64,000 bases of DNA from Anthoceros angustus (lineage: Eukaryota > Plantae > Anthocerotophyta), in contig MU008160.1 in assembly GCA_010909165.1 (NCBI GenBank), positions 2,170,001-2,234,000 of the forward strand, written 5' to 3'. Of this stretch, positions 1 to 12,154 are shown in pieces; position 1 is the first letter of the stretch; each line of letters starts with the position of its first letter. Both the position numbers and the translations under genes were made by a program. The notes beneath the pieces were generated by a model that saw only the letters and a list, made by a program, of their open reading frames with translations, searched no databases and was not told the DNA's origin.

Positions 1-2670
1 GAACCTTGCACAGTGCACGGGCTGCCGCATATGAAACGGGCCCCCAGCAGCAGTAGGGTCGCAAGCTGCGTGGGCCGACCAGATAAACGCCAAGCCCCGA
101 GATACCATATTCAGCAGGCCATATCAACGGATACCGAATCTTGAGATCAGTACTAATTTCCGCCCCATTGTTTTGCAAGGAAGGCGTTCGGATATCGGCA
201 GCCTGTGGGTGCAATTAGCTAATGGTTATACACACACGCCCGTAAACCTACGGATGGGAGCGTCGTGAAAGGGTGAGCACCGGCGGTGGATTTGCGGTTT
301 CACCACGAGCATGCGGAGGAGCATCAAGAAGAGGGGAGGGCACGGGATGACCCTGTTTGTCATCAAGGAGAGGCTCTGCCCTACACGACCCGACAAGCTT
401 GTTGCCCCTGAAGGTGATGCTGGGATTACTCAAATCATGACTGATTTCCAGGACGTCCTTGTCAACACCTTGCCTGCGGGGTTGCCACCATCCAGGAGTG
501 TTGACCATCGGATTAAGCTTGTGCCATGATTTCATAAACCCCCCTATCGACCAATATACCGGATGTCCCCGTTGGAAATTCAGGAGTCAACTTTGCAGGT
601 GGAAGAGCTGCTACGCAAGGGCTACATAAGACCTTCCAAATCGCCATATGGGGCACCCATTTTGTTTTCGCGTAAGAAGAACGGTATTTACGCATGTGTA
701 TTGACTATCGGGGTTGAACAACCTCACTAAGAAGAATACATTTCTCCTCGCATTGATGAATTGTTGAGGGATCGGCAGGGCCCGCTACTTCTCAAAGTTG
801 GACTTAGGTAGTGGCTACCATCGATCGATTGCTGCCGGAGATGAGGAGAAGACGGCCTTTAATATTGTATGGCCACTATGAGTGGCTTGTTATGTCGCTT
901 TGGCATGACAAACGCCCCTCGCATCATTCCAAAGCTCATGAACGATGTTTTCATGGCCTAATCAACAAAGGTATTTTGGTCTACCTTGATGACATACCGG
1001 TTTATGGTAGGGATAGGGCGAGTACCAGAACCTACGCGAGGCCCGCTACCGTGAAGCATCAACTGTATGTCCAAGCCCCGAAGTGTGAGATACTACAGCG
1101 GCAGGTAGAGTATCTTGGGCACATTGTCGAAGAAACCGGCATTCGGGTCGACCCAACCAAGGTACGGGTGGTCCGAGAATGGCCCACTCCATCACAAACA
1201 CGTGATGTACAAAGTTTTCTTGGCCTCGCATCTTACTATAGAAAATTTATCTTGGGTTTCGCTAAGACACCGCACTGCTGACGCCTTATTGCGTTAGGGT
1301 GGCATGGCTGGGCGTCAATGAAGGCCGCCTGCCATCAAGCGGCGCCACCACCGCCTCCCGCCCCAGACACCCGACCCGTCCGTGCCATTTATCATTACCA
1401 CAGACGCATCCGATATTGCTGTAGGGGCCATTCTACAGCAGGACCAAGGAGGGCAGTAGCCTACTGCCGGAAGCTTAAGGGCGCCGAACTCAATTGGACG
1501 ACAAGCGAGAAGGAGACGCGGCCTGTACTCGCATTAAAAACCGCGTTGTTTTGAAGGGGTAGCTTTGACCTCGAGATGCACCACCGCCCCTTTACTTACG
1601 CATACAGCATCTCTCTCAAGGTGCCCGTGGCTTGAATTCTGCGTAGCATCCAAAGATACTATCCGTTATGTCAAGGGGCGGCAGAATCAAGCTGCTGATG
1701 CCCTTAGTCGATTGCAGACTAATACTCTTGTCACTGAGGTACAGGTCCAGCCAACCTGGCACGTGGAGATTCGTGAGGCCCTTAGCGCCGATCACACCGC
1801 GGTGGCAGCATCCAAGGCGATTCAGGAGGGCTCCGCAGATTGGCAACTGCTGGATGGTTTACTGTGGTATAAGCAGCGCTTGTTTGTCCCCCAACTGCCA
1901 CATATCCATCGCCAAATCATGAGAGGCTCATACACCCTCCGCCGCCATCAAGGTGTTCACTGTGACCACACCCCTCGCTCTCCTACTTTTGGCCTTACCA
2001 TCAACACGTCATGACCACGCCACTTTATGCTCCGCTTGTCATAACAAGCCTTGAGGCAAGTACCGCCTTCTCCAACCCTTGCACTCCCTCCGATGCCTTG
2101 GGAGCAGTGACTTTGATTTCATCCCACTTCCGCGGACGACAAAGGCTTTTAATGCTATTATTGTATTCACCGATAAGCTCACCCGCCACGCCCTTCTTCA
2201 TCCCACGCAGATAATTGCGGAGGAGACCGCCGACATCTTTCTTAAGGTTGTCTATCGTGCTCATGGCTTACCCCGATCTCTTGTAAGTGATCGCGATCCC
2301 TCGCTTCACATCCGTGTTCGGCAGCCGTATACGCGGACTTCAAACCAAACTCGCTTTCTCCACGCCTTCCACCCTCGTAATCGACGGCCACCACCGGCCA
2401 ACAGTGTTCTTGAAGATATGTTGCATATGGCACTCATCGGACCAATGGGCCACCTATTTGCATTTTATGGAGTTTGCCTACAACAACGCCCCCAACAGCC
2501 CCACTGGTGTCTCCCTGCCTCTTCAACAAAGGCTTTCACCACAGACTGCCTCTCCGCCTCCCTCCCGCCACTGTCCCCTCCACGGAGTTCCCTCGCCGCC
2601 TCACCATTCAACAACAAGCTCGCCGCCCATGAGGCCCAACCTGTGCTCAGAGATGCCAATCGTCACCGCC
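1..2670 (+). mobile_element. Ty3/gypsy (chromovirus-type) pol fragment: protease remnant, RT, RNase H, integrase; frameshifted; truncated at ~2670
   Basis: Motifs across frames: [17 protein letters not shown] (~640-720), YGHYEWLVMS and VYLDDI (~870-1000), VQSFLGLASYYRKFI (~1210), NQAADALSR (~1690), FTDKLTRHALLHPT and HGLPRSLVSDRDP (~2165-2300). Near-copy of 22500-25150; similarity to that copy ends at ~2670. Confidence 0.93.
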
Positions 2671-3102
2671 GCTCGACTTTGTGCTACTTCCTCCTCACGA
2701 TCCGGCACTCCACTGCTGGCTTACTGCTGAGCTCTCCCGTTGAGCCGTCGTCTCTCACGTGCTGCGCCTGAGCGCCCGGGCGGTCACAAACTCCACTCAA
2801 GAATCGCTCTTGACTTCCTCCGTCCTCCACGCATCCACACTTACCTTCCCACTAGGCTACTAAGCGACCTCATTTCCCGGCCGCCAAAAATGTGGCGAGA
2901 CTTTGATAGGCTACCGGTGCACAATCCCGTGTCGTTGGAGTAAGGAGTCCGCTCCCAAGAGAATGATGGGTTCCGTTTGCCTCGTTTCAATCGTTTCGTC
3001 CCTCACTTAGTATCGGTTTAGTCTCAATACGCCTATTCATCATTTTAAACCTAACTACCGCAACGCCACCGACAAACCCGGTATGCTGTAAGTTTAAGGA
3101 CC

Positions 3103-3600
3103 TGTCACGTCTGTCGCTCAAGTTCGCCACCAACCCCTAGTCCGCTCCTTACCACTCTCACTACTCTCACCATCCTTGGGAAAGCTGCGTGTGGCTACGC
3201 GGTCCGACCTCCTCCAGCTCGCCGGGCCTCTCCGCCCGGCTCAGACGCCTCCCGGAGTTCCTCCGGCCACACGCCCGGCCCGGTCACGCCGGGCCACCGC
3301 CTGACGAGCAAGGGTCCCAGGCGCTATTCCTCGCACACCACCACACGTTAGGGTCCGTCACCAAGACCTTGATCGGCCTCCCGGTCACACCGCTGCTGAC
3401 TCAGACTCAAGCGTTAACAAGAAGGCACCCAAGAGCTCGCCAAGACGCATCAACACTAAGAGAAAGATACTTTACTTAGAGCATCCCCTCTTATACTACG
3501 CCAAGGTGGCGCCTTTATTACATTTCTATTCTCGAGCCGAGGGTTACCGATGCCCTAATCGGCCGCCTACTATTCTCCTATTCCTCCCATTCCGCCTGGG
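3103..3600 (-). repeat. LTR-like segment (right boundary uncertain)
   Basis: Begins TGTCACG on the plus strand, like the LTR terminus at 25583. Minus-strand TATA-like element near 3495. Confidence 0.45.
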
Positions 3601-3849
3601 TGGGGCTCGGATGGCCCCCGACCGCCTTTGGCACCGGGCGGCCCAAGGCCGAGCTCCCCGACGATCGCTACACTAATCGGATGATCCGCGAGGGGTCCTC
3701 TCCCGAGGGTCCGTCAGCCGCACTACCGGGCGGGCCCGACAAGGCCACCACTAAGTCCTCCTCCTCTCTTATCTTCCGGGCGGGCCCCACACGGGCCCTC
3801 CAAGAGATGGATCTGCCGGGTCAGGATCGGTGGCTCTCCCACTCCCCGA

Positions 3850-4035
3850 AGTCTGGACCTCGGGACCCTGCTCGACTCGAGTCCTGACCTCTAGGTCCGC
3901 CTCCCTCCGGGGTCCACCTGTCCGGCCTTCTTCGAGTTCGACCGAGGGTCCGGCCACTAGAGTCCTGGACCTCTAAGTCCACCTCCTCAGGGCTTGACTT
4001 CCTGAGTCCGGGTTTTCTTCAAGAGTCCGGACAAA
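3850..4035. repeat. Imperfect short tandem repeats rich in GGACC/GAGTCC
   Basis: Recurrent ggacctc, gagtcc and ggtcc words at irregular spacing. Confidence 0.5.
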
Positions 4036-5460
4036 GTCCTGACTCACAGACCGGTTTTGCCTCCTCGCCGGCTTATCACGGCTCACCCACCGAGCCTTCC
4101 GTGGTTCTCGGTTCCCTGCTGCTCTCCACGGCCTCCTGGGCCCTCCCCTTTCTTCCGAGCGAGGTGTAGAGTGCTTACTCCTGCAAGCAGGTGACCCTTC
4201 CTCGCGTCCGCCTCGTTGCTCTCCTGCCCATTATCGCTGCCAAATGGGCCTAGGGTCCCCGTCCGTGCTGTCCCTGGTCCTTCTCCTCCTCGCCTCCTCC
4301 TTCCGACCTTTCCGAGGTCCGCCCACCGCCTGGTGGCGCAAGACCTCCAGCCTTGAGGAGCTCGTGGTAGGCAAAGTCGGAATCGACTTGTTGAATGGCC
4401 TCCTCCACATGGGCCCGAGCACCCAGATTCCTCCGCCAGAGGTGTTCCACCGGGCATGTCTGCTGGCCTGCCTCCGCTGAGCTTACCAACCGCCGGGCGG
4501 GACTCTCGATGCCACCAAGGCGGCTCCGACACCTCCTCGCAGCCTTCGTCTCAATTCTCCTCCTCCTCTTCGCTTGCCCAGCCCGCTGGGCCATGGAGCC
4601 GAGCTCACCGCTTCCTCAAGAACCGGACGAAAGCACGCTTCTCCTCCAGCTTTCTTCCCTCCGCTCATCCTTTCCCCGAGGTCCGCCACTTCTTCTCCAG
4701 CGGGCCAGATCCCCGCCCCGACTCCTCGGCTTCCTCCACCTCCCCGCACGCGACGCCGAACTCCTCGGACTGCCGCCTATTCTCCTCCGCCTTCAAGCCG
4801 GAGCCGGAGGCGCCTATCTCCGCCAAAGTCTTGGATTCTCGCTGAGAACCCTCACGCCTCGATGCATCTGGAGTTGCAGCTCAAGGTATCCTTGTCTGCC
4901 CTCCAGCTCCCCGCCGCCTTTTCTACCTCGCACTGCACTCGAGGTCCCCTATTTCCCTGCCGACCTCCAGCTCCTCCTCACGGCCGACTGCGGCTTGCTG
5001 CCGCTCGGCCTTCTGCCAGTTGGCTGTGGGCCCCACTGCCTCCTCCACCGTTCCGATCACTGAGCATGATCCCGATCGACCTTCGGTGGCTTCGCCTCAT
5101 GTGCCTCACCAGCCTCACTGGTCCGATGTTGGCCAGCCTTCTCAGCCTGTCGCGAGCCCTCCGCCTCCCCGCAAGGCCTCCCTTCGTCTGCAGAGATCTC
5201 ACCGTGCTTGGGCCTCCTCTGCCGCCTCACCGCCACATACTGGAGAGGACCTTAGTCCCGGCTTGAATCGCCGACTCTCGCGCCCGCCTCTCCCACTGCT
5301 TCCTCGATGCGGCCGAGGGCTTCCGCCTTCTTCCTCGCCTCCCGGCCGCCTCCATCTGCCCCGAGGAGCACCATGCGCCTTGTTGCCTCCACCTCCCGGG
5401 GTCTTCGGCCGCCCAGAGTCCTCAGAGCATACCATCCATGGCCGGTGGCCAAGACGCCCG

Positions 5461-5709
5461 TGTTGCAAGGGTATTAGCCCAATGACTTAGACTAATACAC
5501 TTAGTCTAAGTTAGGTGTCGATTAGTCATTAGTTTAGTTGAAGCCAATCACTGGAAGCTTCTTGCTCCTTCACAGGGCTTCTTGTGGAGCTTCCTAGTTC
5601 CTACGGAGGTGCATAAATACCTCCAAGCCTCATCTCAATGTGAGAGAGCTACACTGCCTCCTCCTCTCCTCCTCTTCCACCATCACGTGCCGCCACACGA
5701 TCCTTCAAC
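5461..5709 (+). repeat. Copia 5' LTR
   Basis: Starts TGTTG and ends ...TTCAAC. Has a TATA-like CATAAATA near 5612. Followed by a Met-type PBS and then a Copia gag. Confidence 0.8.
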
Positions 5710-5720
5710 CGGTATCAGAA
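5710..5720 (+). promoter_or_regulatory. Primer-binding site (tRNA-iMet type, variant)
   Basis: CGGTATCAGAA versus the canonical TGGTATCAGAGC, directly after the LTR. Confidence 0.7.
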
Positions 5721-5769
5721 TTTCTAGGCTGCAGTGGCGGCACCGTGGAATTGCAGTGATCCACCGCAA

Positions 5770-6590
5770 AGTGAGGGCCGCGAGCGCCCGCACGAAGCCG
5801 CGAGTGGAACGAGGCCGAGCGAGGCAAGATCGCGACCTCCAAGCAGCGCGGCCGTGTTCCAGCGCGAGGCCTTCCTGGCCGTGGAGGCGTCGGACGGGCG
5901 CGCTGGCCGTCAAGGACACGGGCGCTGACGACAGACGGACGCTGGCTACGCCATGGGCGCGGAGCCGCTGCCGCGGCGCGAGCGCGTGGGGGCGGAGCGC
6001 GCGGGGCGCATGTTGAGCGCGGCTGCCGCGGGGCGCGGAGAGCGCTAGCCGCGAGGGCGCTGGGCAGTCGCCAGACGCGCGGCCAGTGGCGCGGAGGCGC
6101 GCCAAAGGCCGCAGTCGCGCGAGGCGCGGACGGGGGCGCCAGCCGCTGGGCGCGTAGGCCCAGGCGCGTAGGGCCTGGCGGTGTGCGATGGGCAAGCCAT
6201 ACTGGGCGGGCGCGCAGCTCATAGGCGCGCGGGCAGATTGGGCGCGCTGGCATTTACTGGCCGCAAGCTGGGCAGCGCGGGGCGCTGCCGCGACGCAGTT
6301 GCAGAGGGCGCTGCGCGGGTGCGATTGCGGCCGCGGGCTGGCGCGGCACGGGCCGCGACGCAGTTGCAGAGCGGCGGGCGCTGCGGCGGGTGCGATCAGG
6401 CTGCTGGCGCGGCCCATGTATGCAGGCGCTTGGCTGCCACTGCTAGGCGCGGCGGTGTGGCCGCGGGGCGCGGTGGGTGGCGTGGCGCGTGGCGGGTTGC
6501 AGTGGCGCGCGGTGGCCAGCAGTGCGCCGCGGGGCGCGCAGATAGCCCGCGCGCCAGAGTACCGTAGTCAGGGGTGCCAACGGCGCTGAA
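5770..6590. other. Extremely GC/CpG-rich tract in the Copia 5' leader
   Basis: Dense GCGCG/GGCGC words, roughly 80% GC by eye, with an abrupt shift to AT-richer DNA at ~6590. Confidence 0.8.
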
Positions 6591-6734
6591 GTGAGATCAA
6601 GGAGCGTAAAATTGCCGAACGATTTCGGAATACTCGAATGGAATAGTCAACGGCAAAATACACGGACCGCGACCGGCTTTCTTCTTTGACTTTTCTCGAC
6701 AAGGCAGTCGAGTGTTTATCTCAGATTTTGAGTC

Positions 6735-7560
6735 ATGATGTCTTCATCATCGTAAAACGCCATCATGTTCAATATCGAGAAGTTAGATGGTACTAACTTC
6801 GCTCGAAAGAACAAGTGTATAGTGTTCTAGTGCGTAAAAAGGCATCAAACTATAAAGTTGTTAGCGCCAAACCAGATATAGATGACTCGTGGGATGAGCG
6901 GCGGACTGGATGAGCTTGCTAGATCTACTATCATGCTAACATTGTCAAAAGTGTACTTCATCGAAAGATAAGACCACGAGTTACTGACCGTTGTGGCGGT
7001 GGTTGTGTGACACTGATGAGGAAGCAAAGTGCGGCTTCTCGTGCTTATGGTTGAAGCAAATTGGTGGACTTGAAGATGAAGGAAGGACGAGGATGTCCGA
7101 TCATCTCAATGATTTCAATACCATTTTCACCATTGACTCATCTCAAGGTATCACGCTCCCCATTTCGTGAGAGCTATGTTTCGCTGGTCACATTACCAGA
7201 GTTGGGACACCTTTCGTATGGCCTCCGAAAGTAATTCACCTCGCCAGTGGTCTTACCATTGTTTGTAATGTAGAAGGTAGCCTGTTAAGGCGAGAGGAGG
7301 TGAACAGAAAACATGGAACCTTCCAAAGGTTCCAGGCTCTACAGCGAGAGAGGAGGTCCACCGCGAAGGGAAGCAACCGGGATGTAAGCTTTCTCTCAGA
7401 AAGTAAATCTAGTAATGTCAGAATGTGGAGTGTCACTATTGTCACACAAAAGGGTCACTAAAAGAGAGTGCGAGAAGTTCAAAAAACCAAGGAAAGAGAA
7501 GAAGACGACAAGAAGGCGACTTTGCTCACAAAGTTGGAAGAGTTAAACTCTGAGGACGCG
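6735..7560 (+). pseudogene. Copia gag (UBN2-type) with zinc knuckle, truncated
   Basis: MFNIEKLDGTNF, LDELARSTIMLTLS, and the zinc knuckle NVECHYCHTKGH..REC at ~7422-7475. Frameshifted; no protease follows. Confidence 0.85.
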
Positions 7561-7596
7561 AGATGTCCTTATCTCTTCTTACGAATGAATACACAA

Positions 7597-7945
7597 GCAT
7601 ACGCATCCTCTATAAAGGAGAACATCAATCTTCATCGAACAAACCTTAACAAATCAGTAGATCGAGGATTATTTAAAGATATTTGCAAGAATATGAGATT
7701 TTGAAGTTCATGGAGGAACTATTTCGGTTTAGGTGTCGCCTTTGGGTAATTTACGTGTTCTAGGAAACCGAAGGGAACAAGTATAGAGAATGAATTGCTA
7801 ACACACGCCTGGAATATTTATGCATACACCCATCCCTCTATAAAGGAGAACATCAATTTTGATTGAACAAACCTTAATAAATCGTAGATCATGGATTATG
7901 AAAAGTTACATGCAAGAAGAATGGATAACAAGATTTCAAGTTCAT
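7597..7945. repeat. Diverged direct repeat, period ~225 bp
   Basis: gcatac..catcc(c)tctataaaggagaacatcaat..aacaaacctta..aaatc..tagatc occurs at 7597 and at 7822. Confidence 0.75.
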
Positions 7946-8600
7946 AGTCCGAGCGGTTTCGATTTTGTCTCACCATTTACATGAGAAACTACAAATTGGT
8001 AGGTTTTCACCTTCATGTCACAACTACTAAATTGGGAATTTTTCAACTATGTCAATTGCTATATTGGCATCTATTCCGGAAAAGAGATAGTGTTGATTTA
8101 GTTAAATTCATTTATATCTAGCATTAATCTAATGACTTATCATTAAGTAATTGGTATTAATTAATATGAAGTGGTTTATGTTAAATAAGCATGGATTAGT
8201 GTTAATTAAACATGGTTAGCAGCTAATGGATAAACACAAGTAATATGCTTTAGCATATCATTGCATATTATAGATCCTTTGCATATTTCTTGATACCGAT
8301 GCCAATAGGATATCTTAGGAATACGCCCACGCCAGGCAAGATACCCATATATGACTTTTCACAAGGTCAAGCTCACATCATAGCATTGTCCTCTCACATA
8401 CGCAATGCAAGAGTGTTGTGAGGAGGCCAAAGCCATCACTCCGAGAGCCATGTGCGAGCAATTCGTGTTGTTCTCGTGGGGAGAGTGTGTTGTGCCATAA
8501 CGTATGCGAGCTACTCTCTCCTAGTACAAATTGGTTTGCACCTATATTTGCATATTATATTTGTTTTGCTTACGTTGTCTAGGAAGTGCTCACATGAATG

Positions 8601-8873
8601 TGATGAAATATGACCTATTTAGGCACTCTTCACTAGGCACCTAAGACTATTAATTAATTTAGTTCTTAGGGCTTTGGGTAGTTTAATATTGAATAGTTAG
8701 TTGTTACAACCACTTAGAGGTTAGAATCTACTTATGGTTACAACCACCTTATGGTTATAACCACTTAGCCTATATAAAGGCTTTGTACTTCTATTATTAT
8801 CAATGCAACTCTCACAAGAACCTTCTACTATCCGCTTGCTATGTTTTGCTACCTAGAGCTATGATTCTCATCA
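8601..8873 (+). repeat. Copia-type 5' LTR (family H)
   Basis: TGATGA...TCATCA inverted termini and TATATAAA at ~8772. Followed by a PBS. Related to the LTR at 58876-59086 (-). Confidence 0.85.
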
Positions 8874-8886
8874 TGGTATCGTGAGC
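8874..8886 (+). promoter_or_regulatory. Primer-binding site (tRNA-iMet type)
   Basis: TGGTATCGTGAGC immediately 3' of the LTR. Confidence 0.8.
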
Positions 8887-9599
8887 ATTGTTGCTCTCTA
8901 TTTGCATTGGGCAACTTGACATGACTGTCTACTCTTCTTCTTCATCTTCTTCTTCATTTCTTTAGAAGATGCATAGATTCTTTAGATTGCATGTCATAGA
9001 TTCGCCATGTTGGAGGTTCCTTAATCTTCAATAATGCACACAAGACATCCAACTTGCTTCAACGCGATGGACCCTTCAATCCTCAAGCAAGGCTATTGAA
9101 GAAGATTAACGTCAAGACAAGATACGTAATATAGGAATACAAAGATTAGAATTGCTAGGAAGTATAGCCGATAGTAGGAGATTCTATACTTATTGCTAAC
9201 TTCATTAGCTCTATTCTAATCAAAGTAGAAGATCAAGGAAGGCAAATAGAAATTGCTAGAAGAAACTTGCTTACTATCTTTAGTTTAAGTCAAGTGAAAG
9301 CAATAGAACTCGCTCTTGATCACATCCCAAACCTACATGCAGGTCCTCTTTCTTCTGTCTCCAATGCAGTTCACAACAACGCAGAACAAGCATAGAGGAT
9401 TTATCAAGAGAAGTGCGTGATCTCAATGAGCGCCTCCTTGAGCACACTGATCCACACATGCTGAAGCGTCTTCATCACAATCTTTCCCTTACTGCCGCTT
9501 GTCATCTTGACAAACACGCCAGTAGAGAAAAGATTCCTCCTTGCCTTGCTCCTTGCGCCCAGTCTGACTGCCTACCACGGTAGTCTGCCCACCCTCTTG

Positions 9600-11250
9600 G
9601 GTAGGCCGCCCTACCGGTAGGTCAAGGTGCCTCGCTAGGCACAACGAGATGGTGGGACTCCCACCCTTGGGCCGTTGACTCACCTCCCGTGGTAGTCCTC
9701 CTCATGATCACTACCATCGGCCTTCCTGCCCAGCCTCTCCTCTTTCTTGCTCCTGGGGAAAAGGTTCCCACCCCAAGAACCTTGTTGCCTCTACATCCTC
9801 CACCCTTGCTCCTAGCATGCTTGTGGAGGTCTGACCTGCCTTTCTCGGTGCAAAAGTCAAGGCCTTTCAAGGGGTCGAGATGGATTATCTCAAGGATGCC
9901 AAGCATCTTCCAACTCCTTGCTTGTGAGAAGTCCTCCTGCTTTCCCACAAATGCACCAAATAGGTGTGCTAAGGTAGTGGCCTTCCTCATCATCAATTTG
10001 GCTTGAGGAGCTTCTCCGGTGGATGTAGGCCTCATACATGATGGTGCCTAACTGCTCTCCTCCTCAAATCTTCCACAAAATTGCGGTGAAGTTGGTGCTG
10101 AAATAGGAAGTCCTTTAGTAATTTACCAACCCCAATACAATCTTCGAAAGAGCCTCCACTCAGCCTCTTGATGCTATCTCGCTTTCCAGCCATTCTCGCA
10201 TGGGCCTCACCTCCGTCCATCATGTCGAGGAGCTCATGAATATCTGAGAGGTCAGCCTCTTCCCTCCATTCGGACCTTCGAGGAGAGCAATTCCCGAGCT
10301 TTCCCTCCTGGCCTCCCATACACACGAATGCTCCTTACGGTTCAAAGAATGAGGATCCGTCGAGCATTCCTTTCCTAACGCTGCAAGGGCTGCCTCTCGA
10401 TTGATGGAGATTGATGAAGCACTCCTCAATCACCCAAATTGGTGTAGGCCCATTGCCGGCCATACACCCATCCTAACTGATATTATCTTCCTCACGCCCA
10501 CCGCCAAATCCACTAAATCACGAGGGTTGAGCCGCCCCGCAAAACACGAATTGGGGCATTACAACTCATTTCATGGCGGCGCCCTACTGCCCTTCTTCTC
10601 CTTGCCTCCTCACAGGAAGAAGAACCTTGGCAGCGCTCTTCCCTTGCTCTTCCACATGCAGGCATGGCACATTCCTTACTTCCAACGCTCTTAACGAAGA
10701 GAATTACTTTCCAATTCCAAGCGTTGTGTGCTCCAAAGCTTCACTCCCAAGCATTCCCTTCCTTGTCACTAGGAGCGACACCCAACCTGAGGCACAAGTA
10801 CGCGTTAGCCCTGGTCTGACCCTTCTGGCCGCTGCCAATTTCCCCTTCGCGATTTCTCCTCCCAGGGCAAGGCACTGCCGGCAGGTGAGCGCGTTTCTTC
10901 TTCTCTCCGTTCGCAATTTGCTCCTCTTTGCGTCTTCAATCCCTTCAATCTCACACCGCGCTAGGTTCCTCGACTTCGTGGCTCCCGCCTCGAGTAAATT
11001 CCAAAGACCAAGGCCCTTCACAACCGGATCCAAACACCCGCTGGTGTTCGAGGCCGAGTCTGCCTCCTCCTCCTTCGCTTAGGGTTTCTCTCGCTCGCGC
11101 CACCCTCCTCTTGCTCACAAGTCGCACACGCACAAGACCTTCCTTTTTTCAAGGCTTCCCCACGCCTCACCTCGCCTTCGCGGAATGAGGGCGCCTCAAG
11201 AGGAAGTTGCAAACCGCACTTTGCCTTTTGGATGATCGCCACGGAGGCCC
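9600..11250 (-). pseudogene. Family F accessory ORF1 (copy D), frameshifted
   Basis: Minus-strand peptides MPQFVF, GRQWAYT..IEECFINLHQ, TVRSIRVYG, IVLGLVN..RTSY, LGTIMYEAY and CGKAGGLLTSKELEDAWHP match, in the same order, peptides at 57560-58400. Confidence 0.75.
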
Positions 11251-11329
11251 ACAACCCTAGATTAGGTAGGCAAACCACCGCGATAGGGGAGCAGCCACCG
11301 CGAAAGGTGCACCTACGCCGAGGGGTGCG

Positions 11330-11984
11330 AGCCTACCATGGGAAGGGAAAGAAAAGCAGCCGCTAGCGGCGGGCGCCCAGCCACTACCCACGCTTGGAGG
11401 AAGGGCGGATGGGGCGACTGAGGGGACTGCAGCGTGATGGCCCAGGAGTACAAGGGAGCTGGAGATTTCTAGCAAGGGGCCAACAGCGTAATTTGGGCCC
11501 TGAGACTTGGCCGAGTGCTTGTGAAGCACTTGGGCCCATGGATTTGAAGGGGCTAGGGGGAGCCAGCGCCCTTGTGGGCATGCCGAGAGGAAGTGAGGCC
11601 CAAGACATGGCCGGAGGAAGGCAGTGGACCAAGTGGCACTGGAAGCCATGGAGTCCGGCAGAAGGCAGCCAAGTTGGAGAAGGTCAGAGAGCTTCCGACC
11701 TTGTAGATCAGCCGGCTTAAAAGGCCTGAGGGAAGGTTGTCACAAATGTGAGGAGAGAGCCATTCAAGCGACAACCCAAAGGGACTCTTGGAGGCGGAAG
11801 AGCATTTGCCCAATTGGAGCAAGAGCGGAAGGGCAAACGGAGGCTCTAGGAAGAGGAAGCAAGCGACTGCCATGGAGGCGCAGGAGTGTGATGGCCACTC
11901 AAGCCATCAAAATCCGGACATGGAAGAAGAATTAAGGACCCGCATAATTTGGAAGAGAAGGCCGGAGTGCTGGAGACACAAGAC
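11330..11984 (+). pseudogene. Family F accessory ORF2 (coiled coil), 5' part, copy D
   Basis: VMATQAIKI..MEEEL matches VMATQAVKIRDMEKEL of the 39-46 kb copies. Interrupted by the Copia at 11985. Confidence 0.7.
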
Positions 11985-12142
11985 TGCTAGGGGATAAAAC
12001 CCTACCATAGCTTGTACCAGCTTAATATACTCAGCTAAGTAGTTAACCCAAGAGACACATTAACAATTTTGTATATAAGAGCACCTTTCTCTTTATTAAT
12101 TAATGCTTTTGTTTTACAAGCACGCTTCCGCGTTTATTAGCA
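11985..12142 (+). repeat. 5' LTR of the full-length Copia
   Basis: TG...CA termini; the last 107 bp are identical to the 3' LTR. Confidence 0.96.
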
Positions 12143-12154
12143 TGGTATCAGAGC
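12143..12154 (+). promoter_or_regulatory. PBS (tRNA-iMet)
   Basis: Exact TGGTATCAGAGC. Confidence 0.95.

Larger units (their letters stand above)
2670..5460 (-). mobile_element. Unclassified LTR-retroelement fragment with a degenerate E/R/A-rich coiled-coil ORF, a short-repeat tract and an LTR-like segment
   Basis: Interrupts the gypsy integrase at ~2670 and ends at the Copia LTR at 5461. Minus-strand ORF pieces 4250-4594, 4978-5202 and 5252-5452 are charged and helical. TGTCACG terminus at 3103 and a TATA-like GTATAAGAGGGG on the minus strand near 3495. No pol motifs. Confidence 0.5.

Noticed and set aside
1-2670. Identity with 22500-25150 as evidence of a segmental duplication
   Set aside because: The flanks differ and the similarity is confined to the element, so two insertions of one family explain it.
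4395-5266. Plus-strand Pro/Leu/Ser-rich ORFs (222 and 230 aa)
   Set aside because: They are antisense shadows of the purine-rich coiled-coil frame on the minus strand; the same applies to most plus-strand ORFs at 39-46 kb and 54-57 kb.
5683-6589. Long overlapping ORFs (244, 182, 133 and 128 aa) in the GC-rich tract
   Set aside because: Ala/Arg/Pro-rich frames on both strands are expected from stop-codon scarcity at ~80% GC; no motif found.
8601-9480. Family H-type LTR upstream of family F in both copies C and D, suggesting a chimeric element
   Set aside because: One is a 5' LTR with a PBS and the other a 3' LTR with a PPT belonging to a Copia on its far side; chance nesting is sufficient.
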